The translations under genes were made by a program, and so were the position numbers. Shown one piece after another: positions 1-8,476 of a stretch of DNA of 43,223 nt. Location of the stretch: contig JAQBHB010000057.1 in NCBI GenBank assembly GCA_032128115.1, positions 1 through 43,223 on the forward strand, read 5' to 3'. The notes beneath the pieces are model-generated. The model was given only the letters and a program-made list of their open reading frames with translations. It was not told the origin of the DNA and ran no database searches. Positions within the stretch are counted from its first letter, which is position 1. The number at the start of each line of letters is the position of its first letter. This stretch comes from Deltaproteobacteria bacterium (lineage in GTDB: Bacteria > Myxococcota_A > UBA9160 > SMWR01).

Positions 1-1
1 G

Positions 2-359
2 ATGATCATGGAGAAATCGAGTGACATCGTGATCCTCAAGGCCATGGGCGCCCGCGATGAGAGCATCGAACGCATCTTCGCCATCGAGGGCACGCTGATC
101 GGGCTGGTGGGCACCGCCCTGGGCGTGGTGGCGGGCATCTCCGTGACCGCCCAGATCGCGTGGGTGCAGCAACAGATCGAAGCGGTGGTGGGTATCGATA
201 CGTTGCCCGAGAGTGTCTACCAGTTCTCCACGTTGCCGGCGGAGCTGGATCCGGCCCAGATCGCAGTGGCCGTGGGGATCGCCATGGTGTTGGCGCTGGG
301 GGCGACCCTGCTGCCCAGTCGCCAGGGATCGCGCATCGAACCGGTCGAGGCCCTGCGTT

Positions 360-367
<8 letters not shown>
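2..367 (+). CDS. lolE: Lipoprotein-releasing ABC transporter permease LolC/LolE family, 3' part only (runs off the window start)
   Basis: FtsX-type C-terminus: EKSSDIVILKAMGA...IFAIEGTLIG...LLPSRQGSRIEPVEALRYE. Overlaps the lolD start. Confidence 0.85.
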
Positions 368-1049
<682 letters not shown>

Positions 1050-1108
1050 GGGCCTCGTCTCTCGGCGTAACCTCTCGTCTTACAAGAAGAATCCCCCATC
1101 TGGGGGGG

Positions 1109-1137
1109 TTGTCACCCCTGACAGCGGGAACTAGACT
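1109..1137 (+). promoter_or_regulatory. Putative sigma70 promoter of bamA-skp-lpxK, with a palindrome over the -35
   Basis: TTGTCA (1109-1114), 17 bp spacer, TAGACT (1132-1137). TGTCA-N4-TGACA at 1110-1123. Confidence 0.55.
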
Positions 1138-1218
1138 CGGCGAGTTCGGGGGGGGTCCGGTTGTTCTGGGCAGCCCCTCCGGGCGCCCCCGCCGGAAGAC
1201 CCAGTCATAAGGGGTGCA

Positions 1219-4200
1219 GTGCGCGCCCGACGCCAGGCTTGTCGTGATCGTCGCCAATGGAGCCTTTCACTGCTTCTGGTGGCGGTCTTTACCCTGACCG
1301 GGGCTCCCATGATTTCAGGGGCCCAGGCCGGTGACCCCGGAGACCCCGCGGACGGCGTCGCCAGCCCCGATACCCGGCCCCTGATCGCGGTGCTGCCATT
1401 TCGGATCCACAGCAGCAAGCCCCTTACCAGCCTCGGAGATTCCCTGGCCGAGCAGGTGCGCCAGCGCCTGGCGGCGGACGAGGAGGTGCAGGTGCTCAGC
1501 GCGAGCGCCGTGTCCCGGCTGGTGGGAAGCGAGCCGCTCCGGGACAGCAGCGACGCCGCCCTGCGTGAGATTGCCCGGGAGCTGGGCGTCGCCTATGTGA
1601 TCACGGGAAGTCTCACCGAGCTGGCAGGGAGTTTCAGCCTGGACGTTCGCGTGGCACCCGCCGCAGCGGGGCTGCGTCCCCACACCCTGGTGCTCACCGC
1701 CGACAACGATGGGGATCTGCTGGCCCGGCTCGATGAGCTCTCAGGACGCCTGGTGGAGCACGTGGTGGGCGCCGAACCCGTGGTGGTGACGGAGGTCGAG
1801 ATCCAGGGGGCCCCCGACTATCAGGAGGGGGTGCGCGGCAGGCTCCGGACCCGTGAAGGCGAGGCCTACGACCCGGCGGCACTGCGCGACGACCTGGCCA
1901 TGCTGCGCGCCGACCCGGCCCTGGCCAGCGCCGCCGCCCAGACCGAGCGGGGCCCGGACGGGGTGGTGGTGCGCTTCCAGCTGGTGGCGACCGAGCTCAT
2001 CGGGGCGGGATCGGGCGCCCAGGGGGCCAACGGACGCGTGGCCGACGTGGAGGTGCGGGGCAACCGGCGCATCGACTCGGCGGCGATTCGAGCGCGCATT
2101 GCCACCCGCGCCGGAGATCCCTACCGAACCGCCCAGATCGCCAAGGACGTGAAGGAGATCTTCGGCCTCGGGTTCTTCAAGAACGTGCGCGTGTTCTCCG
2201 AGCCCGGAGATCAGGGCCGGGTGGTGATCTTCGAGGTGGAGGAGAACCCGGTCGTCCAGGAGATCTCGATCTCCGGCAACGACAACATCGAGAGCGACAC
2301 CATTCGCGACATCCTGACCCTCACCACCGGTTCGACCCTGGACGAGCCCCTGGTGTACGAGAACCGCGCGCGCATCGAGGCCCAGTATCGCGCCGAGGGA
2401 TATTACCTGGCGGGTGTGCAGTTCGAGATCGAGCCGAGGGGGGAGGGCTCCGTCGCCATCCACTTCGAGGTGGACGAGAACAAGAAGCTCAAGCTTCGCG
2501 ACATCGTGTTCCTGGGAAACGAGTATTTCTCGGATTCGGAACTGCGCCAGGGGTTCCGCACCAAGCCGTGGCGATTCTGGTCGTACGCCACTTCCTACTT
2601 CGACAAGTCAGGCACCTACTCGGAGCCGCTGTTCATCCAGGATCTGCAGTCCGTGGAGAAGAGGTACAACGACGCCGGCTTCCTGCGCGTCGAGATCGAA
2701 ATGCCACCCAAGGTGATGCCCAGCGAGGAAGGCCTGGACGTGGAGATCGAGATCACCGAGGGGCCGATCTTTCACGCGGGAACCATCGACGTCAACGGCG
2801 ATGCCACCGTCGACCTGGATCTGCTGCGTTCCAAGCTCCTGCTTCGCGAAGGCGATGTCTTCAACCGCAGCTTCCTCACCGAGGACGTGGCCCAGCTCAC
2901 CCAGCACTACACCGACCGGGGCTTCTACTTCGCCAGTGTCACCCCGTTGACGAGCCTGGACGAGGAGGCCCAGCGCGTCGACGTGGTGTTCGAGGTCCAG
3001 AAGGGGCCCCTGTACTTCATTCGCAACGTCGAGGTGGCTGGAAACACCCGGACGGTCGACAGCGTGGTACGGCGCGAGATGGACCTGGTGGAGGGGCAGC
3101 TGTACTCCCAGCGGGCCATCCTGCTCTCCCGGGCCAAGGTCCAGAGTCTGGGTTTCTTCGAGGGCGTGGATTTCAAGATGGAGCCGACGGAGGACCCGGA
3201 CCAGCTGGACCTGAAGGTCTCCGTGGTGGAGCGCCCGACGGGCTCGTTCAGTTTCGGCGCGGGTTTCTCGTCCCAGGACAACTTCGTGGTGGACGGATCC
3301 CTGTCGGAGACCAATCTGTTCGGTCGCGGATACCAGGCCCAGCTCACGGTGCAGTACGGCGGGGATACCCAGCGCTTCTTCTTCAGCTTCACCGACCCGC
3401 GCGCGTTCGGATCCACCTTCAGCCTGGGAACCACCATTTTCAGCACCGAGTTCGACTTCGAGGACTTCCGCCAGTCGCAGCTGGGCATCGATCTGGTATT
3501 GGGCCACTCGCTCTCCGAGGACAATCGCACCCGGGGTTTCGTGCGCTACAGCTTCGCCAGCCGCGACATCATCGAAAGCAACGACGCGTTCGCGGCGGCG
3601 GTGATCTTCCGCGAGCTCTTCCAGGACGACCTGACCAGCAGCCAGATCGGCCTGTCGTTCGCGTCCGACACCCGCGATGACCGCTTCGCCCCCACCAGCG
3701 GCCGGGTGCTCGGAGCGGCCCTGGAGTACGCGGGCATGGGTTTCTTCTCCAACTTCGTGCGGGTGGAGGCCAGGGGCACCTGGTACCTGGGCGCTCCGCG
3801 CTGGTTGCTGGATCGCTCCACTTTCGCCGTGAGCGCGCGCCTGGGCTACGCGCTGCCCTTCAATACGATTGCCGACTACGACCTGAACCAGATTCCGAGC
3901 CTGGACGTGATGACCGATGACGGCAACCTGCTGCCCCTGGGCGACATCGATGACGACATCAAGCTGCCCCTGTCCGAGCGCTACTTCCTGGGCGGACTGG
4001 GCCAGTTCCAGCTGCGGGGATTCAAGGCCCGGTCGGTGGGGCCGCGGCGGGCGATCCTGTACCGGGAGCCCTTCACGGGTGAATTCATCCCCGTGGGACG
4101 GCGCCTGGCCCTGCGCGACCCCAACACCGGCGACCTCGTATTTCCGGCCGATGTTTCCGATCTGGACGACCTGATGGGGCTCGAGTTGACCACGGTTTGC

Positions 4201-4578
4201 ACCGATGAGCCCATCATCGGCGGCAACGAAAACGGGCGCTGCAACGACATCGCGGACACCAAGATCGGGGCATTCGACGACCTGGATGAGACGGACGTGA
4301 TCGGCGGAAGCCAGTTCTTCTCCAGCAGCCTGGAGTACCGGTTCCCGATCTCCGAGTCGCTGGGCCTCCAGGGCGTGGTGTTCTTCGACTTCGGTAATTC
4401 CTTCGACGAGACCGGGAACCTGTTCGACGTGACCGAGTGGCGCTACGGTACGGGAGCGGGGGTCCAGTGGTTCTCGCCCTTCGGCCCACTGGCAGTGGTG
4501 CTCGGCTTTCCGATCGACGCCACCGAAGTCGAGGATTCACCCGTCTTCGAGTTTTCGGTCGGCGGTGTAGGCTTTTGA
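1219..4578 (+). CDS. bamA: Outer membrane protein assembly factor BamA, enlarged (extra N-terminal domain and extra POTRA-like unit)
   Basis: Signal-peptide-like N-terminus. Repeated POTRA motifs (V.GN.RI, ISGND, FLGNE, VNGD, VAGNTRT). Barrel start ERPTGSFSFGAGFSS, NLFGRG, LRGF loop motif, W.SPFGPL, C-terminal FEFSVGGVGF. Lies between lolD and skp. Exact start uncertain. Confidence 0.95.
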   Translation: MRARRQACRDRRQWSLSLLLVAVFTLTGAPMISGAQAGDPGDPADGVASPDTRPLIAVLPFRIHSSKPLTSLGDSLAEQVRQRLAADEEVQVLSASAVSRLVGSEPLRDSSDAALREIARELGVAYVITGSLTELAGSFSLDVRVAPAAAGLRPHTLVLTADNDGDLLARLDELSGRLVEHVVGAEPVVVTEVEIQGAPDYQEGVRGRLRTREGEAYDPAALRDDLAMLRADPALASAAAQTERGPDGVVVRFQLVATELIGAGSGAQGANGRVADVEVRGNRRIDSAAIRARIATRAGDPYRTAQIAKDVKEIFGLGFFKNVRVFSEPGDQGRVVIFEVEENPVVQEISISGNDNIESDTIRDILTLTTGSTLDEPLVYENRARIEAQYRAEGYYLAGVQFEIEPRGEGSVAIHFEVDENKKLKLRDIVFLGNEYFSDSELRQGFRTKPWRFWSYATSYFDKSGTYSEPLFIQDLQSVEKRYNDAGFLRVEIEMPPKVMPSEEGLDVEIEITEGPIFHAGTIDVNGDATVDLDLLRSKLLLREGDVFNRSFLTEDVAQLTQHYTDRGFYFASVTPLTSLDEEAQRVDVVFEVQKGPLYFIRNVEVAGNTRTVDSVVRREMDLVEGQLYSQRAILLSRAKVQSLGFFEGVDFKMEPTEDPDQLDLKVSVVERPTGSFSFGAGFSSQDNFVVDGSLSETNLFGRGYQAQLTVQYGGDTQRFFFSFTDPRAFGSTFSLGTTIFSTEFDFEDFRQSQLGIDLVLGHSLSEDNRTRGFVRYSFASRDIIESNDAFAAAVIFRELFQDDLTSSQIGLSFASDTRDDRFAPTSGRVLGAALEYAGMGFFSNFVRVEARGTWYLGAPRWLLDRSTFAVSARLGYALPFNTIADYDLNQIPSLDVMTDDGNLLPLGDIDDDIKLPLSERYFLGGLGQFQLRGFKARSVGPRRAILYREPFTGEFIPVGRRLALRDPNTGDLVFPADVSDLDDLMGLELTTVCTDEPIIGGNENGRCNDIADTKIGAFDDLDETDVIGGSQFFSSSLEYRFPISESLGLQGVVFFDFGNSFDETGNLFDVTEWRYGTGAGVQWFSPFGPLAVVLGFPIDATEVEDSPVFEFSVGGVGF

Positions 4579-4657
4579 GCCGCCGCCGTCGTGAGGTTGG
4601 GACCACCCGCAATCCCGAGCGCCTCCGGACCAGGAAATCGGGAATCAGGAGAGTGTC

Positions 4658-5179
4658 ATGCAACGAAACAAGCTGATGGGGGTCCTGGCATTGGCGACCG
4701 CGCTGCTCTGGGGCACGGCGGCACAGGACGAGCCCGTGAAGATCGGGATCGTGGATCTCGATCAAGCGGTCAACTCCACGGCTGAGGGCCGCGCGGCTCG
4801 CGAGGAGCTGGCCCGGAAGCAGCGCGACGCGGAGGCGAAGATCCAGCCCCTGCTGGAGCGCATGAAGGAGATGGAGGAGGACTTCAAGGCCAAGAGGTTC
4901 GTGGTCTCGGACGAAGCCCGCTTCCAGAAGCAGCTCGACATGGTCGAGGTGCAGAACGAGATCGAGAGCAAGGTGAAGGAGCTCAAGGGTCAGCTCCAGG
5001 TAGACGAGCAGCGACTGCGCGGGCCGCTTCTCACCAAGCTCGGCAACATCATCGAGCAGGTGGGCAAGGAGAACGGCTTTACCATGATCCTGCGCCGCGG
5101 CGCCCCCGGTCTGCTCTATTCCCGCGAGGCCCTGGACGTCACCGACCTCGTCGTCGAGAAGTACAACGGGTCGAGCTGA
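4658..5179 (+). CDS. skp: Periplasmic chaperone Skp/OmpH
   Basis: Signal peptide, KIGIVDLDQAV, coiled coil, C-terminal LDVTDLVVEKYN. Directly after bamA, with an AGGAGA SD. Confidence 0.92.
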   Translation: MQRNKLMGVLALATALLWGTAAQDEPVKIGIVDLDQAVNSTAEGRAAREELARKQRDAEAKIQPLLERMKEMEEDFKAKRFVVSDEARFQKQLDMVEVQNEIESKVKELKGQLQVDEQRLRGPLLTKLGNIIEQVGKENGFTMILRRGAPGLLYSREALDVTDLVVEKYNGSS

Positions 5180-5191
5180 ACGCGGGGTGAC

Positions 5192-6271
5192 GTGCCTCCA
5201 GTCCGGTTGACGCGGTTGCGCGCCACCTGGCTCGAGGAGCGCTCGCCGTCGGTGGCGCGTTCGCTGGCCCTGCTCCCGTTGGCGCCGGCCGCCTGGCTCA
5301 CGGCCGCAACGGCTCGGCTGCGCCGCCACCTGCATCGCCGCGGGTTTCTGCCGACTTCACGCCTTCCGAGTCGAGTCGTGAGCGTGGGCGATCTGGTGCT
5401 CGGGGGCACCGGGAAGACGCCCATGGCTGCGTGGATCGCCGTCGAGCTGCGGCGCCGCGGCTACAAGGTGGTGCTCGCCAGTCGGGGCGCTGGCCGGCGC
5501 GGCCGCGAGAAGGTGCGGGTGGTGTCCGACGGGCGCTTCGTCCACGGCGAGGCCGGTTCGGTGGGCGCGGAGCCCATGCTGCTGGCGGGTGCCGCGCCCG
5601 GTGTTCCCGTCCTGGTGGGGCGCGACCTGGAGAGTGTGGGCCTGCGGGCGCTGTCAGCCTTCGGCGCCGACATCCTCGTGCTCGACGACGGATTCCAACA
5701 CCACCGGCTGCAGCGCGACGTGGATCTGGTGATGTTCGACGGAGGCACCGGCCTGGGCAATCGCAAGCTGTTTCCCCGCGGGCCGCTTCGGGAGTCGCTG
5801 GCGAGCCTGCGGCATGCCCACGCGGTGGGTGTGGTGGACGGCCCGCTTCCGGCGGACGACGCGGGGTGCATCGAGCGTTACGCGCACGCGGCCCACCGAA
5901 TTCGCGCCGTGCGCCAGCCGCTGGCGTTGCGGCCGTTGGCGGGCGGGCGCGGCGAGCCGCCGGAGACGCTGGCCGGAAGGGCCGTGGGGCTGCTCGCGGG
6001 GCTGGCCTGCCCGAACGGCTTCCGTCGCACGCTGGAATCCCTGGACGCTCTGGTCGTGGCGGAGCGCCGCTTTCCCAAACACCACCGCTATCGCCGCCGC
6101 GACCTGTTGCGGCTCGGCCGCGGTGCGCCCCTGTGGGTCACCACCGAGAGGGACGCCCTCGAGATTCCGCCGGCCTGGGCGGCCGGCGTCGACCTTCGCG
6201 TTCTCGTGGTGGGGATGCAGGTGGAAGCGGGGGACGCGCTGGGAGACTGGCTCGAGGCGCGGCTGCGCTGA
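5192..6271 (+). CDS. lpxK: Tetraacyldisaccharide 4'-kinase (LpxK) homologue with several substituted active-site motifs
   Basis: VVSVGDLVLGGTGKTP, SRGAG, GAEP, LDDGFQH, PRGPLRE, FPKHH and TTERDA match the order and spacing of the LpxK motifs. The homology is clear; activity is doubtful. Confidence 0.85.
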   Translation: MPPVRLTRLRATWLEERSPSVARSLALLPLAPAAWLTAATARLRRHLHRRGFLPTSRLPSRVVSVGDLVLGGTGKTPMAAWIAVELRRRGYKVVLASRGAGRRGREKVRVVSDGRFVHGEAGSVGAEPMLLAGAAPGVPVLVGRDLESVGLRALSAFGADILVLDDGFQHHRLQRDVDLVMFDGGTGLGNRKLFPRGPLRESLASLRHAHAVGVVDGPLPADDAGCIERYAHAAHRIRAVRQPLALRPLAGGRGEPPETLAGRAVGLLAGLACPNGFRRTLESLDALVVAERRFPKHHRYRRRDLLRLGRGAPLWVTTERDALEIPPAWAAGVDLRVLVVGMQVEAGDALGDWLEARLR

Positions 6272-6327
6272 GGCACAGGCTGCGCGCCGGGCGCCCACCC
6301 GACCCGGCCCGACCGTGGGCGTGGCCT

Positions 6328-8355
6328 TCAGTGCGACTCTTGCTGGAGGCGCAGGGCCAGGGTCAGGTTGTTCTGGGTCTGGGGGGCATCGGGTTGGATC
6401 TCCAGGGCACTTCGGAAGTGTTCGATGGCGTCGTCCAGGTGTCCCTGGGAGGCCAGGGCGTTGGCCAGGTTGAAGTGGGCCTGGGCTTCGCCGGGATCCA
6501 CCTCCAGTGCGCGCCGATAGGCCTCGATGGCCTCGTCGCCGCGCCCGCTGGCGCGCAGCAGCCCGCCCAGGTTGTTCCACGCGTCGGCCCGCCCGGGGGC
6601 GCGTTCGACGCACTCGCGGTAGGCGCCGATCGCCGGTTCGAAGCGGCCCTGGCGCCGCAGGGTCGCGGCGAGCTCGCAGTGGGCGCGCGCCGAGGCGGGC
6701 CGGAGTTCCAGGGCCCGTTGGTAGTGGTTCATGGCGAGGGCTGGCTCGCCGCGCTCCTCCCAGACGGCGGCCAGGTCCAGGTGGTGGTTGGCGTCGAGGG
6801 GTTGCAGGGCCAGGGCGCGCTCGTAGTGCTGGGTCGCCTCCAGGAGCTCGCCCCGGGCACGCAGGGCGCCGCCCAGGTTCGAGTGGGCGCCCGAGAACCC
6901 GGGATCGGCTTCGATGGCCAGGCGGAAGCGTGCGATGGCGGCATCCAGGTCGCCCTGGCGCACCAGGACACTGCCCAGGTTCGCGTGAGCCAGGGCGTAG
7001 TCGGAGCGCGTGGCCAGTGCACGCTGATAGTGTGCGATGGCCTCGTCCAGACGGTCCTGGGATTGCAACGCGAACCCGTAGTTCACGTGGATCTTGGGAT
7101 CGTCCGGATACAGCGACAGGGCGCGTTCGAACAGGGTCTCGGAGCTGCGCCAGTGTCGCAGCTGCCACGAACTGACCGCGGCGCACATCAACAGGACCGC
7201 CACGCCTCCCACGCGCGCAGCCCGCGCGAGCCCCTCGCGCCCGGAGCTCCAGCGCTCGAGGGCATCGCTCAGCGGCCACACCACGGCAATGAAAACGCCA
7301 ACCAGGGGCAGGTAGGTGTAGCGGTCCGCCAGGGCCTGGGTTCCCACCTGCACCAGACCGATCACCGGAACCAGGGTGCCCAGGAACCACAGCCAACCCA
7401 CCGTGGAGGCGCGCGAGCGGAGGGCCGCAAGCGACAGGGCCGCAAGCAACGCGAACGAGAGGGCGACCTGCCAGACCGCGTACGGGGCCGCGCCGGAGCC
7501 TTCTACGTAGGGGTGCGGATAATGGACCGCGAGCGACACGGGCCACAGGGTCTTCTGCAGGTAGATCGCGTAGGAGACGCCCGCGTTGGCGACCCGGTCC
7601 CAGAGGGGTAGGGCGTCGGCCAGGCCCATGGCGCCGTATCCCTTCTGGGCCGCGAAGGTGGCGACGCAAGCGCCCGCGGACAGGGCGAACAGCGGCAGCT
7701 TCTCGGTCCACAGTCGCCCGTGGCCGGCACTGGTGAGCCAGCCGGGAACGTCCAGCCGGAGCCGGCCCAGGGGCCAGAAATCGAGCAGCAGGAATACGAA
7801 CGGCAGGGTCACGAGCATGGACTTGGCCATCAGCGCGAGGCCGAAGCAGGCCAGCATCGCGGCGTAGCGGGCGGCCCCGCCCCGCCGCACCCAGGTGGTG
7901 TAGGCACCCAGGCAGAGCAGGCCGAAGCCAGTGCTGAGCACGTCCTTGCGCTCCGAGACCCAGGCCACGGACTCCACGTGCAGGGGGTGCAGAGCGAACA
8001 GCGCCGCTACCCCCGCGCTCCGCAGCGGGGCCCCGGTGAGCGTGTGCAGCACGGCGAACAGCAGCCACGCGTTGATCACGTGCAGCACGACACTGGTGGC
8101 GTGGTGCCCCGCTGGATCCATCCCGTAGAACTCGACGTCCAGCATGTGGGAGAGCCAGGTCAGGGGGTGCCAGTTTTCATGGCCCCCGGTCAGCGCCCAT
8201 GCCAGGCCCGGGCCGGTGACGCCAACCATCACGTGGGCGTTCCGGGTGACGTAGTGCTCGTCGTCGAAGCTCACGAACGAGAAGCCCAGGGCCTGGGCGT
8301 AGACAGCCAACGTAAGGGCTGCGATGACGAGCGCGAGGGTCTGGCTGCGGCGCAT
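6328..8355 (-). CDS. TMTC-like membrane glycosyltransferase (GT-C fold) with C-terminal TPR repeats
   Basis: Start placed at ATG 8355 (MRRSQTLALV). FVSFDDEHYVTRN, WHPLTWLSHMLD, HPLHVESVAWVSERKDVL and ADRYTYLP within a multi-TM region, followed by about 7-8 TPR repeats (AH.NLG..L...G...EA...Y..AL...P). Confidence 0.8.
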   Translation of the reverse strand: MRRSQTLALVIAALTLAVYAQALGFSFVSFDDEHYVTRNAHVMVGVTGPGLAWALTGGHENWHPLTWLSHMLDVEFYGMDPAGHHATSVVLHVINAWLLFAVLHTLTGAPLRSAGVAALFALHPLHVESVAWVSERKDVLSTGFGLLCLGAYTTWVRRGGAARYAAMLACFGLALMAKSMLVTLPFVFLLLDFWPLGRLRLDVPGWLTSAGHGRLWTEKLPLFALSAGACVATFAAQKGYGAMGLADALPLWDRVANAGVSYAIYLQKTLWPVSLAVHYPHPYVEGSGAAPYAVWQVALSFALLAALSLAALRSRASTVGWLWFLGTLVPVIGLVQVGTQALADRYTYLPLVGVFIAVVWPLSDALERWSSGREGLARAARVGGVAVLLMCAAVSSWQLRHWRSSETLFERALSLYPDDPKIHVNYGFALQSQDRLDEAIAHYQRALATRSDYALAHANLGSVLVRQGDLDAAIARFRLAIEADPGFSGAHSNLGGALRARGELLEATQHYERALALQPLDANHHLDLAAVWEERGEPALAMNHYQRALELRPASARAHCELAATLRRQGRFEPAIGAYRECVERAPGRADAWNNLGGLLRASGRGDEAIEAYRRALEVDPGEAQAHFNLANALASQGHLDDAIEHFRSALEIQPDAPQTQNNLTLALRLQQESH

Positions 8356-8476
8356 GGCCACCCCGAGGTAACGCCGAGCCGGGCGGGCCTCCTGCTTATC
8401 GGCTTCCCCTCGCCCCAACTCAATTCGCGTTATCCTCGCGGGCTCTCCCCCGTTCCTGGAGCCGGTCATCACCCAA

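Noticed and set aside
1090..1110. Hairpin after lolD as an intrinsic terminator
   Set aside because: The loop is only 2 nt, there is no U-tract, and it runs into the predicted -35 element.
6328..7140. Periodic DNA similarity suggesting a repeat array or CRISPR
   Set aside because: It is the coding periodicity of TPR repeats. There are no identical repeats with unique spacers and no cas genes.
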